In this document: positions 10,377 to 20,554 of the stretch, piece after piece
Position numbering within the stretch: position 1 is the stretch's first letter
Layout of the letters: the number at the start of each line of letters is the position of its first letter
NCBI GenBank assembly: GCA_039794085.1
Contig: JBDIWC010000021.1
Location: 1 to 64,000 of the forward strand
Length of the DNA: 64,000 nt
Origin: Gemmatimonadales bacterium
GTDB taxonomy: Bacteria; Gemmatimonadota; Gemmatimonadetes; Gemmatimonadales; GWC2-71-9
Direction of reading: 5' to 3'
Program-made: the position numbers and the translations under genes
The notes under the pieces: model-generated
Told to the model about the DNA's origin: nothing
The model's database searches: none
Seen by the model: only the letters and a program-made list of their open reading frames with translations

Positions 10377-11497
10377 CGCTCAATCTGCGCGCCCTGCTCG
10401 AGGAGATGATCGAGCGCGGGGGCTCCGACCTGCACATCACGGCGGGGGAACGTCCCAAGATCCGGGTGGACGGGGACATGACCGACGCCAAGGCGGAGAC
10501 GGTCCTCACGCCCAAGGACACGATCCAGCTCGCTTACTCGGTGCTGACCGAGAACCAGAAGAAGCGCTTCGAGCTGGAGGATGAGCTCGACTTCTCCTTC
10601 GGGATCCAGCACCTGGCCCGCTTCCGCGGCAACTGCTTCAAGCAGCGCGGGTGCGTGGCCATGGTGCTCCGGATGATTCCCTTCACCGTGCAGACCTTCG
10701 AGGATCTCGGACTCCCGCCGATCGTGGCGAAGATGGCCGAACGCCCCCGGGGCCTCATCCTGGTGACCGGACCCACCGGGTCCGGCAAGTCCACCACGCT
10801 GGCGGCCATGCTCGACAAGATCAACCGCGAGCGCCGGGGACACATCATCACGGTCGAGGATCCGATCGAGTTCATCCACAAGCACCAGAGCTGCCTCGTC
10901 AACCAACGCGAGGTCGGGACCGACACCAAGTCCTTCAGCGCGGCCCTGAAGTTCGCCCTGCGCGAGGATCCGGACGTGATTCTGGTGGGCGAGATGCGGG
11001 ATCTGGACACCATCAGCTCGGCATTGACCATCGCGGAAACGGGCCATCTGGTGCTGGCCACGCTGCACACCAATTCCGCGGCGGAATCGATCAACCGGAT
11101 CATCGACGTGTTCCCCTCGGGACAGCAGAGCCAGGTCCGGGCGCAGCTCGCCTTCGTGCTGGAGGGGGTCATGACCCAGACTCTGCTCCAGCGGGCCCGG
11201 GGAAAGGGGCGGATCCTGGCGATGGAGATCATGGTGGCCACCCCGGCCATCCGGGCCCACATCCGGGACGACAAGGTGCACCAGATCTACTCCACGATCC
11301 AGTCGGGAAAGAAACACGGAATGCAGACCATGAACGACGCGCTCTACCAGGCGTACGTCAGTCGCGAGGTGACGAAGGAGGAGTGCCTTCGGGCCTCGTC
11401 CAACCCCTCCGAGTTCCTGCGCTCGATCGGGGAGAAGCCGATGGAGGAGCAGGAGATCGCCACCATGGACCGAGCCGCCGCCGCCGGCCGCCGCTAA
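10373..11497 (+). CDS. pilT: Type IV pilus retraction ATPase
   Basis: GPTGSGKSTTLAAM, ALREDPDVILVGEMRD, AIRAHIRD, GMQTMN. Confidence 0.95.
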   Translation: MTLNLRALLEEMIERGGSDLHITAGERPKIRVDGDMTDAKAETVLTPKDTIQLAYSVLTENQKKRFELEDELDFSFGIQHLARFRGNCFKQRGCVAMVLRMIPFTVQTFEDLGLPPIVAKMAERPRGLILVTGPTGSGKSTTLAAMLDKINRERRGHIITVEDPIEFIHKHQSCLVNQREVGTDTKSFSAALKFALREDPDVILVGEMRDLDTISSALTIAETGHLVLATLHTNSAAESINRIIDVFPSGQQSQVRAQLAFVLEGVMTQTLLQRARGKGRILAMEIMVATPAIRAHIRDDKVHQIYSTIQSGKKHGMQTMNDALYQAYVSREVTKEECLRASSNPSEFLRSIGEKPMEEQEIATMDRAAAAGRR

Positions 11498-11516
11498 GCA
11501 GGAGGAGAAGACACCC

Positions 11517-12725
11517 ATGCCCATGTTCGACTATACCGCCAAGAACGTCTCCACGGGGCAGATCCTGAAGGGGCAGCTCGATGTCCCCTCCCGGGACGAG
11601 GTCATCGCCTACCTCCGCCGCAGCCGGATGATCCTGGTGAGCGTCCGGGAAACGCCCAAGCAGATCACCTTCAAGATGCCCGGATCGAGCGGGATCAAGA
11701 CCCGGGACATCGTCATCTTCACGCGGCAGTTCGCCACGATGATCAACGCGGGGCTTCCGCTGGTCCAGTCCCTCAACATCCTGGCCCAGCAGACCGAGAA
11801 CAAGGCGCTGCAGGACATCACCAAGCAGGTGGTGTATGACGTGGAGGCGGGCCACACCCTGGCCGACGCCTTCGGCAAGCAGCCCAAGGCCTTCAGCGGA
11901 CTCTACGTCAACATGGTGGCCGCCGGCGAGGCGGGAGGCATTCTGGACACCATCCTGCTTCGCCTGGCCACCTTCCTGGAAAAGAGCGACGCCCTGGTCC
12001 GCAAGGTCAAGAGCGCCATGGTCTATCCCGGGGTCATCTTCTCCGTCGCGGCCATCGCCATTTCGGTGCTGCTGATCTTCGTGATCCCGACCTTCCAGAA
12101 CATGTTCGCGTCGGTCAATCTCGAATTGCCCCTTCCGACCCGAATCGTCATCGGGGCCTCGAACTTCCTGATCGGATTCTGGTGGGCCATTCTCGGCGTG
12201 ATCGGCCTCATCGTCTTCGCCATCCGTCAGTATTACCAGACTCCGCCGGGCCGGAAACAGATCGACCAGATGATGCTCAATGCTCCGGTTCTCGGCGACC
12301 TGCTCCGCAAGTCCGCCGTCTCCCGGTTCACCCGGACCCTCGGCACCCTGATCTCGTCGGGGGTCGCGATCCTCGACGGCCTGGAGATCACGGCCAAGAC
12401 CGCCGGGAACCGCGTCATTCACGATGCGGTGATGCAGTCCCGCCAGTCGATTGCCGGGGGGGAAACGATCGCGGCCCCGCTCGCCCACTCCGGGGTCTTT
12501 CCGCCCATGGTGATCTCGATGATCGCGGTCGGCGAACAGACCGGCGGTCTCGACGAGATGCTCACCAAGATCGCCGATTTCTACGACGAAGAGGTCGATG
12601 TGGCCGTCGGAGCCCTCCTCTCCCTCATGGAACCGGTGATGATCGTGGTGCTGGGCGTAATCGTGGGCGGCATGGTGGTCGCCATGTACCTTCCGATCTT
12701 CGACATGGTCAACGCGGTGCAGTAG
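11517..12725 (+). CDS. pilC: Type IV pilus platform protein (T2SS F family)
   Basis: FTRQFATMINAGLP, AGEAGG.LD..L.RLA, GEQTGGLDEML. Confidence 0.95.
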   Translation: MPMFDYTAKNVSTGQILKGQLDVPSRDEVIAYLRRSRMILVSVRETPKQITFKMPGSSGIKTRDIVIFTRQFATMINAGLPLVQSLNILAQQTENKALQDITKQVVYDVEAGHTLADAFGKQPKAFSGLYVNMVAAGEAGGILDTILLRLATFLEKSDALVRKVKSAMVYPGVIFSVAAIAISVLLIFVIPTFQNMFASVNLELPLPTRIVIGASNFLIGFWWAILGVIGLIVFAIRQYYQTPPGRKQIDQMMLNAPVLGDLLRKSAVSRFTRTLGTLISSGVAILDGLEITAKTAGNRVIHDAVMQSRQSIAGGETIAAPLAHSGVFPPMVISMIAVGEQTGGLDEMLTKIADFYDEEVDVAVGALLSLMEPVMIVVLGVIVGGMVVAMYLPIFDMVNAVQ

Positions 12726-12845
12726 GACGAAAGACATAGGACATAGGACAGTAGGACATGGGCCGCAAGGACGTGGGGCCGGAGGGAAGCCCTGAGCGAG
12801 CGTCATCCCCGCGAACGCGGGGATCCATGTAAACGAGGGCTTGTG
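12723..12845. repeat. TAGGACA heptamers plus a GTCATCCCCGCGAACGCGGGGATCCA palindromic element
   Basis: Element nearly identical to 43213-43258. Confidence 0.8.
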
Positions 12846-13974
12846 CCCTACTTCCCTCCACCTCCGTTTTACCGGAAGGCGAAACTCATGCTCGTCCTGC
12901 TCGTCACGTTCATGCTCTCCGGAGCCGCCGGTCTCTTCTATGAGTCGGTGTGGAGCCGGTACCTGAGTCTCTTCGTCGGGCACAGCGCCTACGCGCAGGT
13001 CATCACCCTTGTGCTCTTCCTCGGAGGAATGGCCCTGGGGGCGATGCTGGTGAGCCGCCGGACCACCCGGATCCGGGACCCCCTCCTCGCCTACGCCGTC
13101 GTGGAACTCGTGGTTGGAGTGATCGGGCTGCTGTTCCATGATCACTCCGGTTTCCCCGACCGATCTCTCGTCCACGTTGATCGCGGATCGGGCGGGGCTC
13201 GCCCCCCTCTTCGAAGTGGGGGTCGGGATCAACTCCGACTTCTTCCCGGTGCTCGACCTGGGGGCGGAGAAGACCCGGTTCACGGGGCAGTTCGCGCGCG
13301 GCGTGATGACCCTGGAGAGTGGTGTCACCCCTCTGGCCCTGGCGCGGAGAATACCCCTCGCCCCCGACACCCTCGTCGCGACCGGACCGGCGCTCATGCA
13401 GGGCCCCCGGGGAATCACCCTGGGTAACTGGCTCCGTCAGAACGCCTGGGGTGCCGCGCTCGATTCGGGGTGGGTCACCGGGACGGACGAGGCGATCCGC
13501 TACCGGCACCGGCAGTTCCGCACCGAACTGCTCGGCGCGGCCCCACCCACCAGTTGGCGCTTCTGGACCACGACCTTTTCGCAGGTGACTTCCGAACTGC
13601 ACGGGGGCACCCGGGGGTGGGTGGATCTCCCCTACTTCACGCTGGTCGAGGCCTATCTCGATCGCACCTCAGCGCCCGGCCCGGTGCGTGCGGCGGTCAG
13701 CTATCGCAAGTCTCTGGCCCTCGATGACCTGGCCATGGCCGCCGGCGCGTCGGACGTGCTGCTCGCCGAGGCGACGGAGAATCGGTTCTGGCTCCCAGCG
13801 GACCAGTTGCTCGATGGGAGCGTCACCGCCTATCTCGCCACCGGGCAGCGGGCCAAGGCCATCGCCGCGTGGGAGCAACTCAACGGGAAGGCTGGCCGCA
13901 CCTCGGAAGATGCCCGCCTCCTCCTCCTCGGCGCCCGCGTTCTCCAGGCAAAGGAGGCGCCGGCGGAGCCGTAG
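12843..13974 (+). pseudogene. Fused membrane/spermidine-synthase-like gene with a large internal deletion and frameshift near 13140
   Basis: N-terminal SGAAGLFYESVWSRYL.LFVGHSAYAQ (about 100 aa) joined out of frame to a C-terminal segment (NSDFFPVLDL); no methyltransferase core visible. Confidence 0.6.
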
Positions 13975-13983
13975 GTGGGGGGG

Positions 13984-14052
13984 CAGGACATAGGACATAG
14001 GACATAGGACATAATAGGACATAGGAAATAGGACGTAGGAAGTTAGGACATG
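13984..14052 (+). repeat. TAGGACA heptamer array
   Basis: Tandem copies read directly. Confidence 0.9.
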
Positions 14053-14089
14053 GGGCGCCGGATGATTCACGACACGCGCGCCGAGATCA

Positions 14090-14335
14090 GGACCAACCCT
14101 CTGCGTCCTCAGCGCCCTCTGTGGTTCAATCGGGGGTGGGGGGGGCACCACGGAGAACACGGAGGACACAGAGGGTCTCCGCATGATGTCCGTCGCTCCA
14201 CGTATCGCGCTGATGAGATCAAGAGCTTCTTGTTGGGGGAGGCAGGGCCCCCATCATGCTGATCCCGCACGACGCGAGATCGGCAGCCTGTCGTGGGAAC
14301 CGCAAACCCTCCGTGTCCTCCCCGTATCATCGGTG
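14090..14335. repeat. Dispersed repeat (CACCACGGAGAACACGGAGGACACAGAG type), diverged relative of 20555-20935
   Basis: Shared blocks ctctgtggttcaatc.gggg, caccac.gag, gagggtctccgc.tgat, gggccccc. Confidence 0.65.
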
Positions 14336-14511
14336 GCTCACCCTTCGAACTTCTCCATGGGCGAATGTGATTCGCCCCTACATCGAACTTCATGCTTGCA
14401 TTTCATGGGAACTGAATGCCGGGTCAACGCGTTCATTCAGCAGACAGGGACATGGTGGTCTCGGCCAGGGCCGCACCGGGTACCCGAAACCTGAACGCTG
14501 GAGTCGGACGC

Positions 14512-14895
14512 ATGACCGAAGGTCGAAACAAGTTGTTGTGGGGAATGCAGATAACGCTCGCCGTGGCCCTCACCGCCATGGGGATCATCCCCAAGCTCAC
14601 CAGCGATCCCGAGATGGTCGCGAACTTTGCCCGCTGGGGATATCCGGAGGGGTCCCACTTCCTCATCGCCGCCGGGGAAATGGCCGCCGTGATCCTTCTC
14701 CTGATTCCCCGGACCGTGATTCTCGGGGCCGGCGTCATGGCCTCCCTGATGCTCGGCGCCATCGGAACCCACCTGATGCACTCCGAGTTCGCCATGGCGC
14801 TGATGCCCCTGTCGATGCTCACGGCTGCCGCGTGGATCGGTGCGCAACGATGGAGTGGATCTCTCCTCACCCCGGTCCGCGCCCGGCATGGGTGA
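14512..14895 (+). CDS. DoxX-family membrane protein
   Basis: Four hydrophobic segments; KL..DPEMVANFARWGYP and MLGAIGTHL; flanked by inverted REP-like hairpins at 14359-14381 and 14897-14920. Confidence 0.75.
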   Translation: MTEGRNKLLWGMQITLAVALTAMGIIPKLTSDPEMVANFARWGYPEGSHFLIAAGEMAAVILLLIPRTVILGAGVMASLMLGAIGTHLMHSEFAMALMPLSMLTAAAWIGAQRWSGSLLTPVRARHG

Positions 14896-15028
14896 CGTAG
14901 GGGCGAATCACATTCGCCCCGGACGAGCAAGCCCTCTCGGATCGAATCGTCACCGCGACCACCGTATACCCTCAATCGTCGACCGCGAACGGGCGTAGCC
15001 TCCCGCGCCCAGACCGGAGGATCGATCG

Positions 15029-15883
15029 ATGAACGAACCGAACGAGACCCTGCCCGATGTCGTCATGCCCCGCTGCGCCGACCTCGAGTTCCTGGTCGGG
15101 CAGAAGGCCCTCGTCACGGGCGCGAACTCCGGGATCGGGCGCGGCATCGCCGTTCAGCTCGCCCGGGCCGGCGCCGAGGTGATGGTCAACTGGGTCGCGG
15201 ACGAGGACGCCACCCACGAGGTCGTTGAGGAGATCGAGTCGCGCGGGGGGCGCGCCGTCGCCCACCGGGCCGACGTCTCGTCGGAGGAGGAGGTCGCCGC
15301 GATGTTCGCCCGGATGATCGAGGAGATGGGGACGGTCGACATCCTCGTCAACAACGCCGGGATCCAGAGCGACGCCCCCTTCGAGGAGATGACGCTCGAT
15401 CAGTGGAACCGGGTGCTCGACATCAACCTGACGGGCCAGTTCCTGTGCGCCCGCGAGGCGATCCGGGAGTTCCGGCGGCGCGGGGTGGTACCGGAGGTTT
15501 CGGCGAGCGCGGGCAAGATCGTCTGCATCAGCAGCGTCCACGAAGTGATCCCGTGGGCCGGCCACGTCAACTACGCCGCCTCGAAGGGCGGCGTCCTGCT
15601 GATGATGAAGAGCATCGCCCAGGAGGTGGCTCCGTACCGGATCCGGGTCAACGGCGTTGCCCCGGGCGCGATCCGGACCCCGATCAACCGGGAGGCGTGG
15701 GAGACCGACGAGGCGCTGGCGAAACTCCTCGAGCTGATCCCGTACCGGCGGATCGGCGAGGTCGAGGACATCGGCCGCGCCGCGGCGTGGCTCGCCTCCG
15801 ACATGGCCGACTATGTCACGGGCACGACGCTGTTCGTCGACGGCGGGATGACCCTCTACCCGGGCTTCGCCGAGGGCGGATGA
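15029..15883 (+). CDS. SDR oxidoreductase, glucose 1-dehydrogenase-like
   Basis: TGANSGIG, NNAG, SSVHEVIPW, YAASKGG, PGAI.TPIN, DGGMTLYP. Confidence 0.9.
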   Translation: MNEPNETLPDVVMPRCADLEFLVGQKALVTGANSGIGRGIAVQLARAGAEVMVNWVADEDATHEVVEEIESRGGRAVAHRADVSSEEEVAAMFARMIEEMGTVDILVNNAGIQSDAPFEEMTLDQWNRVLDINLTGQFLCAREAIREFRRRGVVPEVSASAGKIVCISSVHEVIPWAGHVNYAASKGGVLLMMKSIAQEVAPYRIRVNGVAPGAIRTPINREAWETDEALAKLLELIPYRRIGEVEDIGRAAAWLASDMADYVTGTTLFVDGGMTLYPGFAEGG

Positions 15884-15884
15884 C

Positions 15885-17090
15885 GTGAGGACGCGGCGGC
15901 TGGAGGTCGGCGTCATCTACGCGGGCGGGTTCATCCAGGGGCTCGCCCTGGTCACGTTCCCGGCCGCCAGCGACGTGTTCACGAGCGCGACCTTCCACGA
16001 CCTCTCCAGCAGCCAGTACGGGAGCCTCTTCCTGCCCCTCGTCGCGGGCGCGATCATCGCCTCGACGGCGGGCGGCCCGCTGGCGCGCCGACACGGCCTC
16101 CGGATCGTCTTCCTCGCCGGTCTCGCGTTCGACCTCGTCTCGATGGTCGTGCTCGCCTCGAGCCACCTCGTGATCGGCGACCCCGCGCTCGCCTACGGGT
16201 TCCTCCTCGCCGCCACGACCGCGCTCGGGCTCGGCTTCGGCCTCGCCTTGACCGCCCTGAACGCGCTCGCCGCGGCGTACTTCCCCGACCGCTCCGACCG
16301 TGCCCTCACCGCCCTCCACGCCCTCCTCGGAGCGGGGACGGCGCTCGCCCCGGTTCTCGTCGCTTTCGTGAGCGGGCTCGGTGTCTGGTGGACCCTGCCG
16401 GTCGCGGTGGCCGCCGCCCTCGGCGGTCTGGTGGCCGTGGGGTCGAGGCTCGCGCTCGACCCTTCCACCGGCGCGGCACCGGCCGCCCGGGAGCGCGTCG
16501 GGCTCGGCGAGGCCGCCCGGATTCTCGGGCTCTTCGCGCTGGCGGCGATCGTCTACGGGATCGTCGAGACGATCTACGCCAACTGGGCGGTGATCTACCT
16601 CCGGGAGGACGCGGGCGTCACCGTGCGGGAGGCGGGCTACGCCCTCACCGCCTTCTGGGCGATGGTCACGGTTGGCCGGGTGGCCGTCGCGACCTTCGGT
16701 GCGTGGCTCTCCCCCACCCGGATCTACGCCGCGCTCCCGGTCCTGATGGCGGTGGCGTTCGTCTGGATCGCCACCGTCGACGGGGCCATGGGCGGGATCG
16801 CCGCCTTCGGCCTCGCCGGGCTCGCGTGCTCGGCGTTCCTGCCGCTGACGATCGGCTTCGCCGAGGCGTGCCACCGGGACGTCTCCGAGATCGTCTCCGG
16901 CGGAATGATCGCCGCGTACATGGCGGGGTTCGGGATCGGCTCGTTCGGCCTCGGCCCTCTGCGGGACGCGGCGGGGATCCCGCTCTCGACCCTCTACGGC
17001 GCGTCCACCGCTCTCGCGGTCGTGCTCGGCGGGATGGCGTTCGTCCTGGCCCGCCGCCGGCGCGCCGTCCTCGCCTCGACGACCCCCTGA
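15885..17090 (+). CDS. MFS transporter (sugar permease-like)
   Basis: About 12 TM segments; E..YANW..YL and FWAMVTVGR. Confidence 0.85.
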   Translation: MRTRRLEVGVIYAGGFIQGLALVTFPAASDVFTSATFHDLSSSQYGSLFLPLVAGAIIASTAGGPLARRHGLRIVFLAGLAFDLVSMVVLASSHLVIGDPALAYGFLLAATTALGLGFGLALTALNALAAAYFPDRSDRALTALHALLGAGTALAPVLVAFVSGLGVWWTLPVAVAAALGGLVAVGSRLALDPSTGAAPAARERVGLGEAARILGLFALAAIVYGIVETIYANWAVIYLREDAGVTVREAGYALTAFWAMVTVGRVAVATFGAWLSPTRIYAALPVLMAVAFVWIATVDGAMGGIAAFGLAGLACSAFLPLTIGFAEACHRDVSEIVSGGMIAAYMAGFGIGSFGLGPLRDAAGIPLSTLYGASTALAVVLGGMAFVLARRRRAVLASTTP

Positions 17091-17110
17091 CCCCGATACG
17101 GAGAGGCTCC

Positions 17111-18652
17111 ATGAGCGAACGATACGACGTGATCATCATCGGAACTGGGGCCGGAGGCGGGACGCTGGCTCACCGCCTTGCCCCGACGGGCAAACGGATC
17201 CTCCTCCTCGAACGGGGCGGCTTTCTCCCCCGCGAGAAGGCGAACTGGGACCCGGGCGCGGTGTTCGCCGAGGGCCGCTACAAGGCCGACGAGTCGTGGC
17301 TCGGCCGGAACGGCGAGCCGTTCCATCCCGGGACCCACTACTGCGTCGGAGGGAACACCAAGTTCTACGGTGCCGCGCTCCTGCGGATGCGCGAAAAGGA
17401 CTTCGGGGAGCTCACCCATCCGGGCGGGATCTCCCCCGCGTGGCCGATCTCCTACGCGGATCTCGCACCCTGGTACGACGAGGCCGAGCGCCTCTATCAC
17501 GTCCACGGGGAGCGCGGATCGGACCCCACCGAACCACCCTCCGACCAACCCTACCCCTGGCCGGCGGTGCGCCACGAGCCGCGGGTCCAGGAGCTGAACG
17601 ACGACCTTGTGGACCTCGGCCACCATCCCTTCCCGCTGCCGCTGGCTCTGATCCTCGACGAGGACGACCCGCCCCGTAGCCGGTGCATCAAGTGCGACAC
17701 GTGCGATGGCTTCCCGTGTCTCGTCGACGCCAAGGCCGACGCCCACGTGGTGTGCGTGATGCCCGCCCTCGAGCACGCCCATGTCGAGCTCCGGACGGGC
17801 CGGTTCGTCGAGCGGCTCGAGACCAGCGCGTCGGGCCGGGAGGTCACGGCGGTCCATGCCCGCCACGACGGTGAGCTCGAGACGTACCATGGGGACGTCG
17901 TCGTCGTCTCGTGTGGCGCGGTGAACTCGGCGGCGCTCCTGCTGCGCTCGGCCTCGGACGCACACCCGCGCGGGCTGGCCAACCGCTCGGACGTCGTCGG
18001 GCGCCACTACATGGCGCACCACAACTCGGCGCTCGTCGCGCTGTCGAAGCGGGCCAACCCGACCCGGTTCCAGAAGACCCTCGCCCTCAACGACTTCTAT
18101 TTCGGCGACGGAGAGCGGGAGGTCCCGCTCGGCCACATCCAGATGCTCGGCAAGTCCCACGCCGCGATGTTCCGCGACGACGCCCCCGCACTGACCCCAA
18201 GCTTCGCGCTCGACTGGGTGGCGAAACATGCCGTCGACTTCTGGTTCACATCCGAGGACCTGCCGAATCCCGACAATCGCGTCACGGTCGAGCGCGACGG
18301 CACGATCCGTCTCGCGTACGACCCCGGCGACGGGGAGGCCCACCAGCGGCTCATCGCCCACCTCAAGGGAATGCTGGGGGACATCGGTTGCCACGACCGG
18401 CTGATCCCGTGCTCGGCGTACCTGGGGAAGAAGATCCCGATCGCCGGGGTCGCCCACCAGAACGGAACGATCCGCTTCGGGACCGACCCCGAGACCTCCG
18501 CGCTCGACCGTCACTGCCGTGCCCACGACGTCGACAACCTGTACGTCGTCGACGCGAGCTTCTTCGTCTCCAGCAGCGCGGTGAACCCGGCGCTCACGAT
18601 CATCGCCAACGCGCTGCGGGTGGGCGACCACCTGGCGGAGCGGCTGTCGTGA
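17111..18652 (+). CDS. GMC-family FAD oxidoreductase
   Basis: DVIIIGTGAGGG, GGNTKFYGA, CIKCDTCDGFPC, HQNGT.RFG, NP.LTIIANALRV; ATG behind GGAGAGG. Confidence 0.92.
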   Translation: MSERYDVIIIGTGAGGGTLAHRLAPTGKRILLLERGGFLPREKANWDPGAVFAEGRYKADESWLGRNGEPFHPGTHYCVGGNTKFYGAALLRMREKDFGELTHPGGISPAWPISYADLAPWYDEAERLYHVHGERGSDPTEPPSDQPYPWPAVRHEPRVQELNDDLVDLGHHPFPLPLALILDEDDPPRSRCIKCDTCDGFPCLVDAKADAHVVCVMPALEHAHVELRTGRFVERLETSASGREVTAVHARHDGELETYHGDVVVVSCGAVNSAALLLRSASDAHPRGLANRSDVVGRHYMAHHNSALVALSKRANPTRFQKTLALNDFYFGDGEREVPLGHIQMLGKSHAAMFRDDAPALTPSFALDWVAKHAVDFWFTSEDLPNPDNRVTVERDGTIRLAYDPGDGEAHQRLIAHLKGMLGDIGCHDRLIPCSAYLGKKIPIAGVAHQNGTIRFGTDPETSALDRHCRAHDVDNLYVVDASFFVSSSAVNPALTIIANALRVGDHLAERLS

Positions 18653-19656
18653 CCGCGATCCGCAGGCTCCGTCTCGCCGGACTCGCGCTGGCCCTGCTCC
18701 TCGTGGCGGCGCCCGTCGGCGCCCAGGTCGAGGAGGTCGTCTCGATCGCCGTGACCGTGCGCGACGCCGACCGGTCAGCCGATTTTCTCGCCCACGTCCT
18801 CGACTTCGTCAGGATCTCGGAGGTGGAGGCCACGGGCCCCGACCACAGTCGGTTGGTCGGCGTGTTCGGGGCCCGCGCGCGCATCGTCCGGATGCGCCTC
18901 GGGACGGAAACGCTCGATCTCGTCGAGTACCTCTCCCCCTCGGGCGGACGTCCGGTTCCACCCGACAGCCGGAGCCACGACGGATGGTTCCAGCACGTGG
19001 CGATCGTCGTCTCCGACATGGAGGCCGCCTACGCACGGCTCCGCGAGCACGACGTGGCACACGTCTCCCCGGGGCCGCAGCGCCTCCCCGACTGGAACCC
19101 GGACGCCGGCGGCATCGAGGCGTTCTACTTCCGCGACCCCGACGGCCATGTCCTCGAGCTGATCGCCTTCCCCGAAGGAAAGGGGGACCCCCGCTGGCAC
19201 GAGCCAGGCGACCGGCTGTTCCTCGGGATCGACCACACCGCGATCGCCGTCGACGACACCGAGGCGAGCCTCGCGTTCTACCGCGATGTGCTGGGTCTGG
19301 AGGTCGCCGGCGCGAGCGAGAACTGGGGCCCCGAGCAGGAGCGCCTCAACGCCGTCTTCGGCGCCCGGCTTCGGATCACCGCCCTGCGCGCGCCGGAGGG
19401 TCCCGGGATCGAGCTGCTGGAGTACCTCGCTCCGAGCGACGGTCGCCCGATGCCCCGGGACACTCGGGCGAACGACCTGTGGCACTGGCACACGCGACTG
19501 CGGGTCGACGCGCCGGACATCCTCGAGGACCGCCTCCGGGGATCGGCGTGGGTCTCGCCCGGGTTCGTCGACCTCCCCGATTCGCCGCTCAGGTTCAGCC
19601 GGGGTCTGCTGCTCCGCGATCCCGACGGTCACGCCCTCCTCCTGACCGCGCCATGA
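18649..19656 (+). CDS. Exported VOC/glyoxalase-family protein (two VOC domains)
   Basis: Signal peptide; HVAIVVSD, FRDPDGH.LEL, IDHTAIAV, RDPDGH. Confidence 0.8.
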   Translation: MTAIRRLRLAGLALALLLVAAPVGAQVEEVVSIAVTVRDADRSADFLAHVLDFVRISEVEATGPDHSRLVGVFGARARIVRMRLGTETLDLVEYLSPSGGRPVPPDSRSHDGWFQHVAIVVSDMEAAYARLREHDVAHVSPGPQRLPDWNPDAGGIEAFYFRDPDGHVLELIAFPEGKGDPRWHEPGDRLFLGIDHTAIAVDDTEASLAFYRDVLGLEVAGASENWGPEQERLNAVFGARLRITALRAPEGPGIELLEYLAPSDGRPMPRDTRANDLWHWHTRLRVDAPDILEDRLRGSAWVSPGFVDLPDSPLRFSRGLLLRDPDGHALLLTAP

Positions 19657-19691
19657 TCGAGCGTCCCCAGGGCCCCCCGCGTCGTCACACT

Positions 19692-19709
19692 TTGTGAAAT
19701 ATTTCACAA
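19692..19709. promoter_or_regulatory. Rex-type operator (perfect palindrome)
   Basis: TTGTGAAATATTTCACAA matches the Rex consensus TTGTGAA-N4-TTCACAA. Confidence 0.6.
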
Positions 19710-19883
19710 TCGGCAAGGGGCAGGAATCCTCACCACCCGCACCTTTCAAACTTCAAACTTCAACTTTTCGAACTTCATATGGGGGTTGCCGAAGATTCCA
19801 ATTTGAAACATATTGACCCAGCCACTCGTTTCATGTAGAAACGGCGGCGGCGGTGTCCGGTATCCCAACACCTGGAGGTCATC

Positions 19884-20495
19884 ATGCAAAGCTACTGGAT
19901 CAGGATCGGTGTGGGGGCGCTCGGCGTCTTTCTCCTCGGGATGGTCGTCGTGACGATGGGGCGCCGGGGGAGCCGGATGGTTCACGAGCTCGCCGCGTCC
20001 GACGGGATCACCATCCCCTTTCCGGTCGGCGACTTCACGGTGGATGGGAACCGGCTCGGCTCTTTCTCCAAACTGAACATTCGGCGCACTCCCTCGGACG
20101 AGGGCCGAGTGAGGGCCCTGGTGCGGCTGGATAACCCCGGACAGACCGAACACCTCTCCTCCTGCACCCTCATCCTCGAGGATGGCAACTTCGAACCGGG
20201 CGCGGATTTCCGGTGCGCGGCCGTGGATGAGTCCCTGGCGGCCATGACCCGGATCGGCGAGATCGAGTTCGCCCCCGGCCAGCTGATCCGCCCGCTCCAT
20301 GCGCTTCACAGCGAGGATTTCGCCTCCCTGGAGGAAGTGGCCCCGGCGGCCGCCGGGGCACAGGACTTCGAGATGGCCGCCGTGACCGGCAGCGGGCGCA
20401 CTGTCCGCATACGGAAGGTGGGCGGCGATACCCGCCTCGTGGTCCGTGACGCCAAGGGCAACACGGTCGTGAATCTCAACACCACTCCCCGGTAA
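19884..20495 (+). CDS. Hypothetical protein with N-terminal membrane anchor
   Basis: GGAGG RBS, GC3-biased codons, one TM segment. Confidence 0.7.
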   Translation: MQSYWIRIGVGALGVFLLGMVVVTMGRRGSRMVHELAASDGITIPFPVGDFTVDGNRLGSFSKLNIRRTPSDEGRVRALVRLDNPGQTEHLSSCTLILEDGNFEPGADFRCAAVDESLAAMTRIGEIEFAPGQLIRPLHALHSEDFASLEEVAPAAAGAQDFEMAAVTGSGRTVRIRKVGGDTRLVVRDAKGNTVVNLNTTPR

Positions 20496-20554
20496 TCCGG
20501 TCTGGTTGTCCTGGGTGGGGTGGTGCTTTCGAACCCCACCCGGACGTGTGGATT

